A DNA stretch of 64,000 nt from a virus (taxonomy: Duplodnaviria > Caudoviricetes): the IMG/VR virus record IMGVR_UViG_3300021400_000012, positions 32,001 through 96,000 of that record; one strand, written 5' to 3'. The notes beneath the pieces were generated by a model that was not told the DNA's origin, searched no databases, and saw only the letters and a list, made by a program, of their open reading frames with translations. Position 1 is the first letter of the stretch; each line of letters starts with the position of its first letter. Made by a program: the position numbers and the translations under genes. This document shows positions 11,938-22,747 of this stretch, piece by piece.

Positions 11938-14900
11938 TACTGCGCCTCTGTAGAGCGGCTATGTGTTACGATCTCGCCATTATCAATTTCAACAATTTGT
12001 TCAACTGTATGGTATGGAGTTCTGCTATATTTCTTCGCTCTGAATTCATCAGTATCTCTAATGCCGCACACTACAACAATGTTTCCACGGCTAAACATAC
12101 TCTTTTCAATCACATGCTTATGACCGCTCGCATCTTTTTCACTTAATTGTTTATCATACTGTTGGAATACACCATAAATCTTTGTTGTGACTACTCCATC
12201 TCGAGTAAGAAGTGTTACAGTCTTCTTAGATTTATCTCGATCGAGAACTGTTCCAGCAATTCTATGAAGTTTAAATATCGGAACCATTTTCCCTTTAATC
12301 GGGATATATCTTTCGATCTCTGGAGTTTCACTCAGCTCATAAAACTCACTAAATCCATATTTCTCAAAGTCAATATCTTTCAGTTCATGTTCGTGAAGAT
12401 AACATGAAATTGATTCCATTTCCCAATGAGAAATTGTACCTTTACAATATTTGTCCCAAGTGTCTTGTGTCAACTTTTTATTTACTGCATCTAATAATTC
12501 TTTATTATGCTTTTGAACATATGGTCTAATTCGATCCATATATTTTTGATAAATCGCATCCCATTTTACTTGCTTTATTTTAAAACCGCTTTCCGTCTCT
12601 TCACTTGGAGTACATAAATCAAGGTCAAAATTATTACTATAAAAGTTAAAAGCAATATTATCAAGTCCGTAATAATCTGTTCCTTCTTTCATCTTCTTTA
12701 AATACTTATTAAAGTTATATACGCGGCGCTCCAAATCATATTCATCGGGAATAAGACCAAAATCAATCAACATCTTCATATTCTGAAGAGTAATACGCTT
12801 CTTCGCGCCACTAATCTCATTTACATAATTCTGCATAATCGTCACACGATCACCAAAACTATCAAATGCGCCCGACTTAATTAGATTTATCATCTGTGTC
12901 TTATTAACTTTAATTCGATTCAAGAAATCATTGATTCCAGTATATGGCCGGCCGCCAATAATTTCATTTACTAAGTCATTACCAATTCTTGTGATGCCCG
13001 AAAGACCGTATCGAATTGTATTATTCTCAATATCTGGCGAGAATGTAAACGTTGACTTATTAATATCCGGCGGCGCCACCGTCACGCCAGTCATCTTAAT
13101 GCGACCGATAGCTGTCGCAATCTTTCCATAGTTTGTTGCTTTAACCTTTTTCTTTTTGCGACCTTCAGTTGTCTTTATAACTTCAGCTGGATACCCGTCA
13201 CAATCTTCTTCTTCATATGAATCTTCTTCTTCATCAGTTTCATCATTGAACTCTTCCATTTCATTCGAATAAGATTCTTCATGTTTAAGTTCTTCGATGG
13301 CTTCTTCATCTTCTTCTTCATCATTGTCATTGCCGCCCGCATCACTAATCAGACACGCGCAATTCCAAAACATAATCGGAAAATGAAACGCAAGATTCAT
13401 TTCTTGAAGTGCAATCAAACTATATGCAAGCGTATGAGACTGGTTGAAACCATATCCACGAGACATCGCAATCAAAACATTCCACACATATCGCGCGAAC
13501 GATTGATTGATACCTTTTTCTTTTGTCACTTCATAAAATTCTTTTGTTAAGGCTTCGTATTCTTTCGGATTCTTCTTCGCAATCGACTTACGAAGTTTAT
13601 CTGCCCAAGTCAGACTAAATCCACCCAGTTCAGGAAGCTGAACGAGTTCCATGAACTGTTCCTGGGCAATACAAAGTCCATACGACATTCCCAAGACTGG
13701 CTCTAAGATTTTCTTCTCTTCTGCGCCAAGTCCATATTTTTCCAGTTCTCTATCCCACTCCGTCGGATCTGCCTTGAAGCGCGCCAGCTTATCGGTTGGC
13801 ATTTCGCCACCACGCTCTTGCGCCATCAGACGAATCGTTGAGTTTAAAATCGCTAAATCATCAACCGAAGTCGGCTTCAGCGTTGCAATACCTTTAATAC
13901 CGGACTGCTTTTCCATCTGGAATAACGAGTTAATCTCGTGATTCCAAACCATTTCCCACATCTTTAGATTATCACGCTCTAATTTATAAATACCAATCAG
14001 ATCTTCATAAGTTTCTTTTAATGTTGCTTTACGTTCAACATATCCAGCGTCACAAAGTAAGTCAATACAATTATGAATCTTATCCATTGCTTCGACGGAT
14101 AACGCATCATATTTAATCAAACTTACATCTTCACAGTCATGAAGTTCAAACTGAGTACAAATCGTACCATCAGGCGCCCGCATCAGCGCGGTCGAGTTTG
14201 TGAATGGTTCATCAACGAAGATAACACCACCTGCATGAATACCGCTACCGCAAATCAATCCTTCAACGCTATGCGCAACATTCCACAGCTCTGGATAATT
14301 CTGCGTCATTTCAAACACAAACTGTTTAATCGGTTGCCAATCATTTTCTTCATCACCATACATACACTGATCAAGTGTTCTTAACATACCACGATCAGCC
14401 GGGATAAGACTGGCAATATACTGCGCGATGTCAACATCAATACCTAAACCACGAGCTGCGGTTAAGATTGCTGACTTCGACTTTTCTGTTCTAAAAGTTG
14501 CGACGTTTGCTACTGCGTCATTACCATAGAACTCTCTAAACTTATTCAATACTTGAGCACGGCGACCGCCCTCAATGTCGAAATCGACATCAAGAACACT
14601 AACACGTTCAGGATTCAAGAATCTCCAAGAAAAACATCTTGTTGTTTCTCTTAATGGGTTAATCTGTGTGATACCTAAAACATATAATAAGATGAAACCT
14701 ACGCCTGAGCCGCGACCAGGACCTACAATCGATCCCGCTTCCCAACACAGGTCAATAATCTGTTGAAGATTCAAATAGTAGGCACTCCATCTCGCTTTAT
14801 TTACTTCTGATGAAACCCAAGTCATCTGTAAGTTTTCATTGATTTCATCATAAGCGCGCTGATTCTGAAGGTCTGAATGAAGTCTAATACCATCAATAAT

Positions 14901-15950
14901 TGCATTAACTAAATATCTATCTGCTTCATACTCTGAATCATAAAAAGTTTGAAGCATCGGCATATTCTTAAACCATTCTTCGTAGTCTGTATAATATGTT
15001 AATACAGGTTTCCATTTTAAGTTCGGAATACGCAAAGGTTTCAGAATACTATAATCTTCACAACTTCTAATAATGCTTCCAATATTTATATATGCTTCTT
15101 CCAGTACATCATGATCAAAATAATTGAAATAAGATTCCAATTCTTTTGTATCCATCATATATGTAGTTGCATAAAACTCATCAACTTCTCTGTCACCATC
15201 TTGAGCATTTAAATATGCTTTATGAATAACTCTATCTTCTTTTTTAAGATAATGACTATCAGTTGTAATAATATACGGAATATTAAGCTCGTGCGCGAAC
15301 TCTAATAATTTCTTGTTTACTGTAATCTGGTCTTTATTTTTGCTTGGCTGCATTTCAAGATAGAAATTGCCTTCACCAAACAAATCATTTAACTGTCTAA
15401 TCCACAGTTTTAGTTTCTCGTCACTTGTCCCTCTTAAAATCTGTGTCGCAAGCGCGCCACCTAAACAAGCCGTTGATCCAATAACATGACCGGGGTTCGC
15501 GCCAATAATATCAAATAGATCTTGATAATATGTTGGGACTCTTCTCATACCGCGCGCCATATAGCTTCTAGTCCACGCACGAGTTGAGATTTCACAAATC
15601 TGACGGAACCCCTCGAGATCACGAGCAAGCAAAATAAAGTGGTAATACCTATCGACCCCACTTACATAATTTTGACTATTTAGTCCATTCCTGACTAAAT
15701 AAATCTCATTACCACGAATGACCTTAAAGTCAGGATTGGACTCTTTTATTTTTTTATAATACTTTTCAACCTTAACTGCACTTGCGACTGTTTCATGGTC
15801 AGTAATCGCAACTGCCGAATGCCCTAACTTGATTGCATAATCAATCAAATCAGTTTCTTTGTTGATACAATCACGAAGCCGCAGATTTGAATATTGGGTA
15901 TGATTGTGTAATGAACCAGGATAATTCAATTCTTTATGCTCCTTTTCCAT
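11937..15950 (-). CDS. dnaE: DNA polymerase III alpha subunit (family C, PHP domain)
   Basis: LHNHTQYS, AITDH, GPGRGSG, LDVDFD, GIHAGG, IKYDAL and YGFNQSH. No TAG in 1337 codons. Confidence 0.95.
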   Translation of the reverse strand: MEKEHKELNYPGSLHNHTQYSNLRLRDCINKETDLIDYAIKLGHSAVAITDHETVASAVKVEKYYKKIKESNPDFKVIRGNEIYLVRNGLNSQNYVSGVDRYYHFILLARDLEGFRQICEISTRAWTRSYMARGMRRVPTYYQDLFDIIGANPGHVIGSTACLGGALATQILRGTSDEKLKLWIRQLNDLFGEGNFYLEMQPSKNKDQITVNKKLLEFAHELNIPYIITTDSHYLKKEDRVIHKAYLNAQDGDREVDEFYATTYMMDTKELESYFNYFDHDVLEEAYINIGSIIRSCEDYSILKPLRIPNLKWKPVLTYYTDYEEWFKNMPMLQTFYDSEYEADRYLVNAIIDGIRLHSDLQNQRAYDEINENLQMTWVSSEVNKARWSAYYLNLQQIIDLCWEAGSIVGPGRGSGVGFILLYVLGITQINPLRETTRCFSWRFLNPERVSVLDVDFDIEGGRRAQVLNKFREFYGNDAVANVATFRTEKSKSAILTAARGLGIDVDIAQYIASLIPADRGMLRTLDQCMYGDEENDWQPIKQFVFEMTQNYPELWNVAHSVEGLICGSGIHAGGVIFVDEPFTNSTALMRAPDGTICTQFELHDCEDVSLIKYDALSVEAMDKIHNCIDLLCDAGYVERKATLKETYEDLIGIYKLERDNLKMWEMVWNHEINSLFQMEKQSGIKGIATLKPTSVDDLAILNSTIRLMAQERGGEMPTDKLARFKADPTEWDRELEKYGLGAEEKKILEPVLGMSYGLCIAQEQFMELVQLPELGGFSLTWADKLRKSIAKKNPKEYEALTKEFYEVTKEKGINQSFARYVWNVLIAMSRGYGFNQSHTLAYSLIALQEMNLAFHFPIMFWNCACLISDAGGNDNDEEEDEEAIEELKHEESYSNEMEEFNDETDEEEDSYEEEDCDGYPAEVIKTTEGRKKKKVKATNYGKIATAIGRIKMTGVTVAPPDINKSTFTFSPDIENNTIRYGLSGITRIGNDLVNEIIGGRPYTGINDFLNRIKVNKTQMINLIKSGAFDSFGDRVTIMQNYVNEISGAKKRITLQNMKMLIDFGLIPDEYDLERRVYNFNKYLKKMKEGTDYYGLDNIAFNFYSNNFDLDLCTPSEETESGFKIKQVKWDAIYQKYMDRIRPYVQKHNKELLDAVNKKLTQDTWDKYCKGTISHWEMESISCYLHEHELKDIDFEKYGFSEFYELSETPEIERYIPIKGKMVPIFKLHRIAGTVLDRDKSKKTVTLLTRDGVVTTKIYGVFQQYDKQLSEKDASGHKHVIEKSMFSRGNIVVVCGIRDTDEFRAKKYSRTPYHTVEQIVEIDNGEIVTHSRSTEAQ

Positions 15951-15961
15951 TTTATAATTAT

Positions 15962-15990
15962 ATTATAACACAATTTTTATTAAAAATCAA
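15962..15990 (-). promoter_or_regulatory. sigmaA-type promoter for dnaE
   Basis: TTGATT-17-TATAAT on the minus strand. Confidence 0.7.
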
Positions 15991-17734
15991 GTAATTTATC
16001 TTCTTTCACTTCGCAATTTTCAATAAAAATCTGCGGAGTAATGCGGCCGCCCCATTCATTGAGGTTCGCGCGACCTACTACTTCAAGCTTGATGTCATTC
16101 GGATAAGACTTCAGCTCTTCGATAAAATCTTTTGCAAAAAACTTCATATATGCAATTCCATTCTTTGTGATTTTAACTGTATCTTGGTTCTTACCCATGA
16201 CTTGAATATCTTTTTTCTCGACATGAAGATCGCGGATATAAATGAGCGGTTCGTCATTCCCTTGCGACCAGACGTGTTTGTACTTGGTCAGATCTTCAAT
16301 GAGATCACCTAAATCATCAGCAAGAGCTTGACGCTCAAAATTAACTTCATAAAATCCGTCGCCAAAATTATACTGCGCCAGGTCATGGTTAGCCATCTCA
16401 TGCAGCTTCGGCAAGTTCGTATTCAGAATGGAAATACCACATGCATTATCATGGCCCGCCGTATACTCGAATAGTCCAGTCGAGTCCATGTACTTCTTGA
16501 AGGATTCCAGTTCTGAATTATTAAGCCCGCGCGATGAGCCACGAATATAGCCCTCATCATTTAGACGAGCAACAATAGTTGGCCGCTTATACTTTGCAGA
16601 CAACTGCATCGCAACAAGGCCGTTCAACTCCGCTGGGAAATCGTCATCATCATCAAGCCTTACAAACAAAATCTTATTCTCTAACAGGTCGTGTTTGAAG
16701 ATTTTCTGTTCAAGGCGCGCCACAGTCGCATCCTTGGCTTTATTCTGGTGAGAACGAGCGTTAACACATTCGCGCACAGATTCAATGCAAGCTTCTTCCA
16801 ATGTTCCTTTGGCGCCGCGCTTATTACACGGAATCATACGATGTCCATCGACAAATGCAATAAACATTCGTTCCTTTTCTTCCTGTGTGCCAACTCGCAC
16901 CATTGCATTAATCAATGGGACAATATAAAATGCAACTGTAGTCGGGTCAAGAGCTTCTTGAATCTCTTCCCAGCTTGCATTCATCTTCCCAGTAATAGAA
17001 TATGCTTGTTTCTGCGCGATAGCTGCAAAGAATGGATTTTCTACATTTGCAAAGCCTTCTTGCCAAAACCACTGATTTTCAATTTCAAGACCGCTCATCA
17101 TATCTGCGCAGATACCAAGTGCAGCTAAATCTAAATAGTCTATTGCCCAGTCTTCTGAGGCATGAAAAGCTAAATCAATTGCATCGCAAAATTGCCAAAC
17201 TACGCCTGCGCCAGACAAACTTTTGTTTTTATACTTTTCTGACAACTGATTATTAATTACAACCATATTCGGCGCGAAGTTTGTATCTTCAACAATATGG
17301 TGGTCTAATACAAGAATTGGGCAGTTTATTTCAGCTGCATATTTACTGTCATTACTACCTGCATCGGGAATAATTACTAAATCATAATTTGCGTCTCGAA
17401 TAGCTTCCCAATGTTCTTCTAACCCATGAGCTTTACCATCATGAATATAGGCAGTAATATCAATTCCAGGGTATAATCGCTTTAAAAATTTATAAATAAT
17501 AGTAGCTGATGTATATCCATCGACATCACAGTCTACCACCAAACCAACTGTTGAGTTTTTATTTAATTTTTTAATTAACTCAACGCCAGCGTTAATATTA
17601 TCAAGATCATAGCATGACTGAACATCATTAAAAGTGGGTGCTAAAAACTCGTCAACGTCTTTTACACCGCGCAGCTTTAGTAGTTCGTGCCCATAATCTT
17701 TTTTAATATTTTCGTTCTTTAGTCTTACTTTCAT
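15980..17734 (-). CDS. recJ: RecJ-like DHH ssDNA exonuclease
   Basis: DCDVDG, PDAG, LDHH, GSSRG and AGHDNACG. Confidence 0.9.
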   Translation of the reverse strand: MKVRLKNENIKKDYGHELLKLRGVKDVDEFLAPTFNDVQSCYDLDNINAGVELIKKLNKNSTVGLVVDCDVDGYTSATIIYKFLKRLYPGIDITAYIHDGKAHGLEEHWEAIRDANYDLVIIPDAGSNDSKYAAEINCPILVLDHHIVEDTNFAPNMVVINNQLSEKYKNKSLSGAGVVWQFCDAIDLAFHASEDWAIDYLDLAALGICADMMSGLEIENQWFWQEGFANVENPFFAAIAQKQAYSITGKMNASWEEIQEALDPTTVAFYIVPLINAMVRVGTQEEKERMFIAFVDGHRMIPCNKRGAKGTLEEACIESVRECVNARSHQNKAKDATVARLEQKIFKHDLLENKILFVRLDDDDDFPAELNGLVAMQLSAKYKRPTIVARLNDEGYIRGSSRGLNNSELESFKKYMDSTGLFEYTAGHDNACGISILNTNLPKLHEMANHDLAQYNFGDGFYEVNFERQALADDLGDLIEDLTKYKHVWSQGNDEPLIYIRDLHVEKKDIQVMGKNQDTVKITKNGIAYMKFFAKDFIEELKSYPNDIKLEVVGRANLNEWGGRITPQIFIENCEVKEDKLLDF

Positions 17735-17918
17735 TTATTTTCCTTTCCAATTCGTTAATTGTATCAATTAACTCATTTATTTTCTTGTCAAATTCATTAA
17801 TTGTATCAATTGATTCGTTTACTTTATCAACTACATCGTCTAAGTCAGGATGTTTTTGCCAATTTATAATGCCACCAACGTTAGTACCACCGCTCCAGTA
17901 CTCTAATTTTTCAATCAT
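17703..17918 (-). CDS. hypothetical coiled-coil protein
   Basis: Packed in the operon with overlapping start/stop. Confidence 0.6.
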   Translation of the reverse strand: MIEKLEYWSGGTNVGGIINWQKHPDLDDVVDKVNESIDTINEFDKKINELIDTINELERKINESKTKERKY

Positions 17919-18111
17919 TTAAGCCCTTCCTCAATGTAATAACTAAATCAGGTTCGGTTATTGCCGTGTTGACCGAAATACTAAAATTGCGCTCCATACC
18001 CGCGATGTGATAACCATTTTTTATGTCGTCAGCTAATGTTAAGGTTAAGTTTTCAATACCACGCCAACCATCATAAAAAGTACAACACTTATAAGTTTTT
18101 TCTACTATCAT
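17911..18111 (-). CDS. small hypothetical protein, paralog of 18318-18518
   Basis: Shared VEKT.C..YDG..G.E......DD..NG..IA...ITLR pattern. Confidence 0.65.
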   Translation of the reverse strand: MIVEKTYKCCTFYDGWRGIENLTLTLADDIKNGYHIAGMERNFSISVNTAITEPDLVITLRKGLND

Positions 18112-18321
18112 TTATGCCTCCGCAGCCTCCTTGTCATGGATTGCATTTTCAATCATTTCCTTAAAGTAATAAAGATCAGCAGTAGAACAATTAAATAAAA
18201 CATCCCAATTTTGCGGTAAAAAGATGAGTGTTTCATCTTTAAGGTCGAGTTTTCGCATCTGATAATACATTTCATTTACTTCATCTATATCATCATTTGT
18301 ATCATATCTAACAATTATCAT
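18112..18321 (-). CDS. hypothetical protein
   Basis: Operonic, GGAG RBS. Confidence 0.6.
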   Translation of the reverse strand: MIIVRYDTNDDIDEVNEMYYQMRKLDLKDETLIFLPQNWDVLFNCSTADLYYFKEMIENAIHDKEAAEA

Positions 18322-18518
18322 ATAAACTCCCTTCTTAATGTAATAATAGCAATAAGTTCTGGTTCTAAGTGAATCTTTGATGGTCTTACAAATTTACTAA
18401 TAGATGCAATATACCAACCATTATCTAAATCATCGGCTACTATACGTTCAATGTCTTCAAGTCCATTATAACCATCATAACAACTAGAACATGTTAATGT
18501 TTTTTCTACTACTTTCAT
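18318..18518 (-). CDS. small hypothetical protein, paralog of 17911-18111
   Basis: See paralog. ATGA overlap with the primase. Confidence 0.65.
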   Translation of the reverse strand: MKVVEKTLTCSSCYDGYNGLEDIERIVADDLDNGWYIASISKFVRPSKIHLEPELIAIITLRREFI

Positions 18519-19564
18519 TTGACGATTACCCTTTTATTCAAAAGTTGTATAAAAATGTCTTCGCCTCTGTCACTTGGCGAATCTTTTTTATTTGTTAAAC
18601 CTTCTCTATCATAGATAAAGCTCATACCGCAATAGTTTGTATATTTTTTACACATTTTATAAAGTTTATCAAAATATTTACTTTGACCTTTTTCTTCTTC
18701 ATTATCAAAACATACTACAACATATTTAGGCTGACAATATCGCATCAATAAATCAATTTGATATTTATTTAAGTTGCTACCACACGCTGCAACCGCATAA
18801 TTTTTCATTATGAAATTATCAAATTGAAGAACGCTTTTTTCACTTTCAAAAACAAATGCAATACCATCTTTTTTAATATTTTTCCAGTTCTTATTTAAAC
18901 CATATAAGTTCAAACTTAATGGATGAGAATAACATTTACCTTCAATCCAAACTGGTGCATATTTACCAACATTTTCTACTTCCCAGGCATTGAGGGCGCG
19001 CCCTCTAATCCCAACAAGTTCATTATGAATATTATAATGCGGGATAATAATTTTATTTTCTGTATGAGAAAATTTGATATTAAACTTATCCATCGCTCCT
19101 TTTGTAATTGAATCTTGGAGCCATTCAACTGGATAATATTTATCATAAATATCTAAAATACCTTCAGGATAAGTTGGAAGTTCTTTTCTTATTTTTTGCG
19201 GTTTATAATTATCAACATTACTTTTATAGGCGTTCTTGTTGGCAAAAGTATCAGAAGAAGCAGAGCAATTTAAAATAACTTGAAGAACATCGTTATACCA
19301 ATCATATTCAATTTGTCGAGCTTCATAAAAATGTTGAAGAAACTTAAAAATTGATTGCCCGCCGCACTCTGTATAACAATAAAACATATGACTATCTTTA
19401 TAATAATAAAGTTTCCACGATGCTTCATCTAATTCTGCATTATGACAAGCCGTTGGCATAATCAATGCTTTTTCTGTGTCTTTATATGGAATACCTAAAG
19501 AGTCTAATAACCTTTCAACTCCCTCTAATTCCAAATTTTCGATAATCTGATTATAATCAATCAT
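18515..19564 (-). CDS. DNA primase (Zn finger + TOPRIM)
   Basis: CHN...CYTEC, IIIP...GIRGR, VFESEKS and CFDN. Follows the helicase. Confidence 0.85.
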   Translation of the reverse strand: MIDYNQIIENLELEGVERLLDSLGIPYKDTEKALIMPTACHNAELDEASWKLYYYKDSHMFYCYTECGGQSIFKFLQHFYEARQIEYDWYNDVLQVILNCSASSDTFANKNAYKSNVDNYKPQKIRKELPTYPEGILDIYDKYYPVEWLQDSITKGAMDKFNIKFSHTENKIIIPHYNIHNELVGIRGRALNAWEVENVGKYAPVWIEGKCYSHPLSLNLYGLNKNWKNIKKDGIAFVFESEKSVLQFDNFIMKNYAVAACGSNLNKYQIDLLMRYCQPKYVVVCFDNEEEKGQSKYFDKLYKMCKKYTNYCGMSFIYDREGLTNKKDSPSDRGEDIFIQLLNKRVIVK

Positions 19565-21117
19565 AACGTTAACTCACTTATAATCTTTAATTCTTTCAAA
19601 TATTCTGCTGTTACATCTGATTCCCAATTCTGTTGATAATTATAATACGTTCCAACATTCAAAACTTCCATTCTTGCATCAGTTACAAACAAATCTTTCT
19701 TTCTAAGATTTCCTAAATTTACATCACTCCAAATTCTGACTTGGTTCCACTCGCCGCTTCGAACTTTATAAATATCAGTTACCATCGTTGGTGTTATTGA
19801 AATACCACCTTCATTCTGTAAGAATTCCAATTCTTCCTTAGTGGGCCGCGCCATAATCGCTCCAATATCAGCTTTATTGATGATACTACGCGAGCCAGAA
19901 ATTGAAGCTTCATTTCTGATGTTCGAATTATCGTCACCTTTCGCATTTAACTGCGTCGATGACATCATAAACACATTTAGCTCAACCGCCAGATCTTTCA
20001 GTGCCGTCGAAAACATCAATAACACTTCATCATTTCGAAGATTAAATCCTTTAAACTCATTCAATAACGATGGAGAAATGTGAATATAGTCATAAAACAC
20101 ATATTCAATATCATGCATCAATACATTTTCTCTCACAATCGTCTTAACAAGTTCAATTGTTGGATTCGGCATCCTTACAATAAAAAAATTATTCTGATAT
20201 TGTTCCAGCACCCACAGCGCCTGGCGCACTATAAGCTGTTCTTCTTTTGTGAATCCACCATATCTAAACTTAGTTTCATTAAAACCAGTTAAATATGCTA
20301 AAATCATTTTCTGAATTTCTTTTGCACTCTGCTCAGTCGCAATAAACAATACTTTGCGGCCGCTACCAATTTGAACCCACTTCTTCTGTGACTCTTCATA
20401 CCTAAATGGAAATGCAATATAACACGCATCTCCAACTGCTTGACGGGTTTTACCAGTACCAGACCCAGCCGATCTTAATACAAAAACTCCTTTTCGCGCG
20501 CCAGCACACACTTCATTAAAGATTTCGCCTTGAAGCGGGATACCTACATCAGCTTGCTCGTTTGCTTCATTTAAAATTTCTGTGATACCTTCAAAAACAT
20601 TAACTGTTTCTGTTGTATCATTTTGAATAAATGCGCGCTCAACTCCTAACAGTTTAGACTTAATTGCATTTACAATGTCATCAATCTCTAACGCTTCAAA
20701 CTTTTCATTCGTTTCTAATGCCTTCGGAGTTAATGGATTTTCTACATAAAACTCTTCGACATCAAAACCCTTATTTTTAAAAGTCTCTAATAAATTGAAC
20801 TTTTTAAGTTTTTTATAATAATACGGAAAGTTTGTTTCTTCTGAAAGATAATCTGCATCTTGAAGATACTCAATACCTTTCAGCTGTGCGAACATTAGCT
20901 TTGCATTTTCATTTGTACTTAAATAGTTCTCAACATCAATGGGCTGAATACGTTCTGCGCCATTTCTATATAAACTATCAATCGCGACAAAGATAAACTT
21001 ATCAAGTCTATAATAAAAATCATCCGGAGTAAGATTATATTTATCCGTTTCGCTCAAATACTGCGGATGCTTCATCAGAGCGCCAATTATCTGTAAAATT
21101 GTTGATTTATCGACCAT
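19561..21117 (-). CDS. DnaB-like replicative helicase
   Basis: Walker A SAGSGTGKT, FIATEQ, VFYDYI and SSTQLN. Confidence 0.88.
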   Translation of the reverse strand: MVDKSTILQIIGALMKHPQYLSETDKYNLTPDDFYYRLDKFIFVAIDSLYRNGAERIQPIDVENYLSTNENAKLMFAQLKGIEYLQDADYLSEETNFPYYYKKLKKFNLLETFKNKGFDVEEFYVENPLTPKALETNEKFEALEIDDIVNAIKSKLLGVERAFIQNDTTETVNVFEGITEILNEANEQADVGIPLQGEIFNEVCAGARKGVFVLRSAGSGTGKTRQAVGDACYIAFPFRYEESQKKWVQIGSGRKVLFIATEQSAKEIQKMILAYLTGFNETKFRYGGFTKEEQLIVRQALWVLEQYQNNFFIVRMPNPTIELVKTIVRENVLMHDIEYVFYDYIHISPSLLNEFKGFNLRNDEVLLMFSTALKDLAVELNVFMMSSTQLNAKGDDNSNIRNEASISGSRSIINKADIGAIMARPTKEELEFLQNEGGISITPTMVTDIYKVRSGEWNQVRIWSDVNLGNLRKKDLFVTDARMEVLNVGTYYNYQQNWESDVTAEYLKELKIISELTL

Positions 21118-21127
21118 TTAACGCTCC

Positions 21128-21658
21128 TTACACGTCGTCAAGATTAAATTTCGATTTATCCTTTTTAACCTCATGACGTACAATTGAAACCACTTCCCTA
21201 TCTTCGCGCGCCTTAATTTGAGCAACAATTGCTTCAATCGTGCCAGCTTTTCTATTTTCTAATTCTGTCCAATACCGCGCGGCATCGCTATAAATATTCG
21301 CAACTATGCCAATACCACCTAAAGCCTTTTCTTTATCGCCTTTCTGTACTTCATAATAATACCGAAGAGCGAAGTAAATACCTTTAGGTGTCATTTTTCT
21401 GTCTGGTTTTGTGAAGTTTTTCCACTGACTCTCAATTTTTGAGAAGTCCATTAACATCTTTACATCTCGATAGAGATAATCAATTACGCTTTCTTTCCAA
21501 AAATCTTCATCTTCATTTACTTTTGCATCATTTCTCTTTTTAACCCAAGCTGTATAACATTCTTGGTGATAATAAGACTTCTTTCCAATCAGAGTAAATG
21601 GTTCTTTTTCTGTATCAAAGCGCACTTTACATAAACGACATTGAACTATATGAGCCAT
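21128..21658 (-). CDS. hypothetical protein with N-terminal Zn finger (possible helicase loader)
   Basis: CRLC...HQEC. The loader role is inferred from position only. Confidence 0.65.
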   Translation of the reverse strand: MAHIVQCRLCKVRFDTEKEPFTLIGKKSYYHQECYTAWVKKRNDAKVNEDEDFWKESVIDYLYRDVKMLMDFSKIESQWKNFTKPDRKMTPKGIYFALRYYYEVQKGDKEKALGGIGIVANIYSDAARYWTELENRKAGTIEAIVAQIKAREDREVVSIVRHEVKKDKSKFNLDDV

Positions 21659-21690
21659 TTATAATCTCCTTTCGATATTTTTCTATATAT

Positions 21691-21719
21691 ATTATATCAA
21701 AATTTTAAAAAAAAGTCAA
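21691..21719 (-). promoter_or_regulatory. sigmaA-type promoter
   Basis: TTGACT-17-TATAAT with TG. Confidence 0.8.
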
Positions 21720-21727
21720 ATTAAAAA

Positions 21728-21751
21728 TAGGGGCAGATACACTACCCCTAT
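21728..21751 (-). terminator. intrinsic terminator
   Basis: ATAGGGG(C/T)AG hairpin followed by a T run on the minus strand. Confidence 0.55.
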
Positions 21752-21767
21752 CTTTTATGTTGTAGCC

Positions 21768-22733
21768 TTACATTTCACGCATTTCTGCAACTACCAGTGC
21801 CAAAAGATCGGTCTGATCTTCGGTAAACTCTGAAAGTTTCATCTTATGACCCATTGTCATCTCAATCTTCTTAAGGATTGTTACCGCATTTTCTTCATTT
21901 TCGCTAACGAGTTTTGTCCACAGATTCTGTGCTTCTGCGCGAACCTTATTAAAGTCGAGCTTTTCTTCAATATGGACCTCTGGCGCTTCATCGACAACAG
22001 TTGCACCATCAAGCTGCGCGCTCTTTTCAATTGCTTCTGCGATTGCATCAACGAGCTGCTGATAACCAAACTCGATCTTCGGCGCGAGATACTTGAATCT
22101 ACTGCCAGCCATGACATAAGGTGTCTGCCGCGTATAGAGATAACGATGAGAATTTCCCTGTTCATCCCATTCGATTGCAATGTATCCGATGACGTCCACG
22201 AGACGATTACAAATTTCATAACAACGCTTATTCAGCGCGGGCTTATAAAATTCTTTTTCTGAGTCATCAATTGTTTCTTTTCTGACTTCTTCGTGGGCAA
22301 TGAGAATTAATCCATAACCCAGCATTGTGATCTGTCGCAGCGTTGACTCAAATTCCTGTTTAACGGCTGAGTACCCAGCACCCCATGGGATTTCGCTAAT
22401 CTTTTGAACACCATTCTGCACGCAGATATATTGTTCGCAAAGGTCATATGCTATCGACGCAGTGTCGACGGTAATGGTGTCATACATTTCGCGAGCCTTT
22501 GCATTAGCGAGCTGACGAACGATAAGTTTGAGATCACTCCACTTTTGAACGGGCTGAACATATACGCCATCTAGCGCGTTCGTTCCCATTTCAAAAGCAA
22601 GAATCAGGTTCTTTTTGAACTTGGCGGCGAAGGAGGTTTTACCCACCTTCGGCGCGCCATAAATAAGGACATATTTGCCCTTTAAATCACGTGAAATAAC
22701 ACTAGGCTTAATACTTAAAATATCAATAGCCAT
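21768..22733 (-). CDS. Sak4-like AAA ATPase / ssDNA-annealing protein
   Basis: YGAPKVGKT, ITVDT, LIAHE and VDVIGY. Next to an SSB-like gene. Confidence 0.75.
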   Translation of the reverse strand: MAIDILSIKPSVISRDLKGKYVLIYGAPKVGKTSFAAKFKKNLILAFEMGTNALDGVYVQPVQKWSDLKLIVRQLANAKAREMYDTITVDTASIAYDLCEQYICVQNGVQKISEIPWGAGYSAVKQEFESTLRQITMLGYGLILIAHEEVRKETIDDSEKEFYKPALNKRCYEICNRLVDVIGYIAIEWDEQGNSHRYLYTRQTPYVMAGSRFKYLAPKIEFGYQQLVDAIAEAIEKSAQLDGATVVDEAPEVHIEEKLDFNKVRAEAQNLWTKLVSENEENAVTILKKIEMTMGHKMKLSEFTEDQTDLLALVVAEMREM

Positions 22734-22747
22734 TCTTCACCTCGCAA

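Noticed and set aside
11937-15950. Intein in DnaE
   Set aside because: The insertion is a low-complexity acidic loop without C...HN-C/S/T splice motifs.
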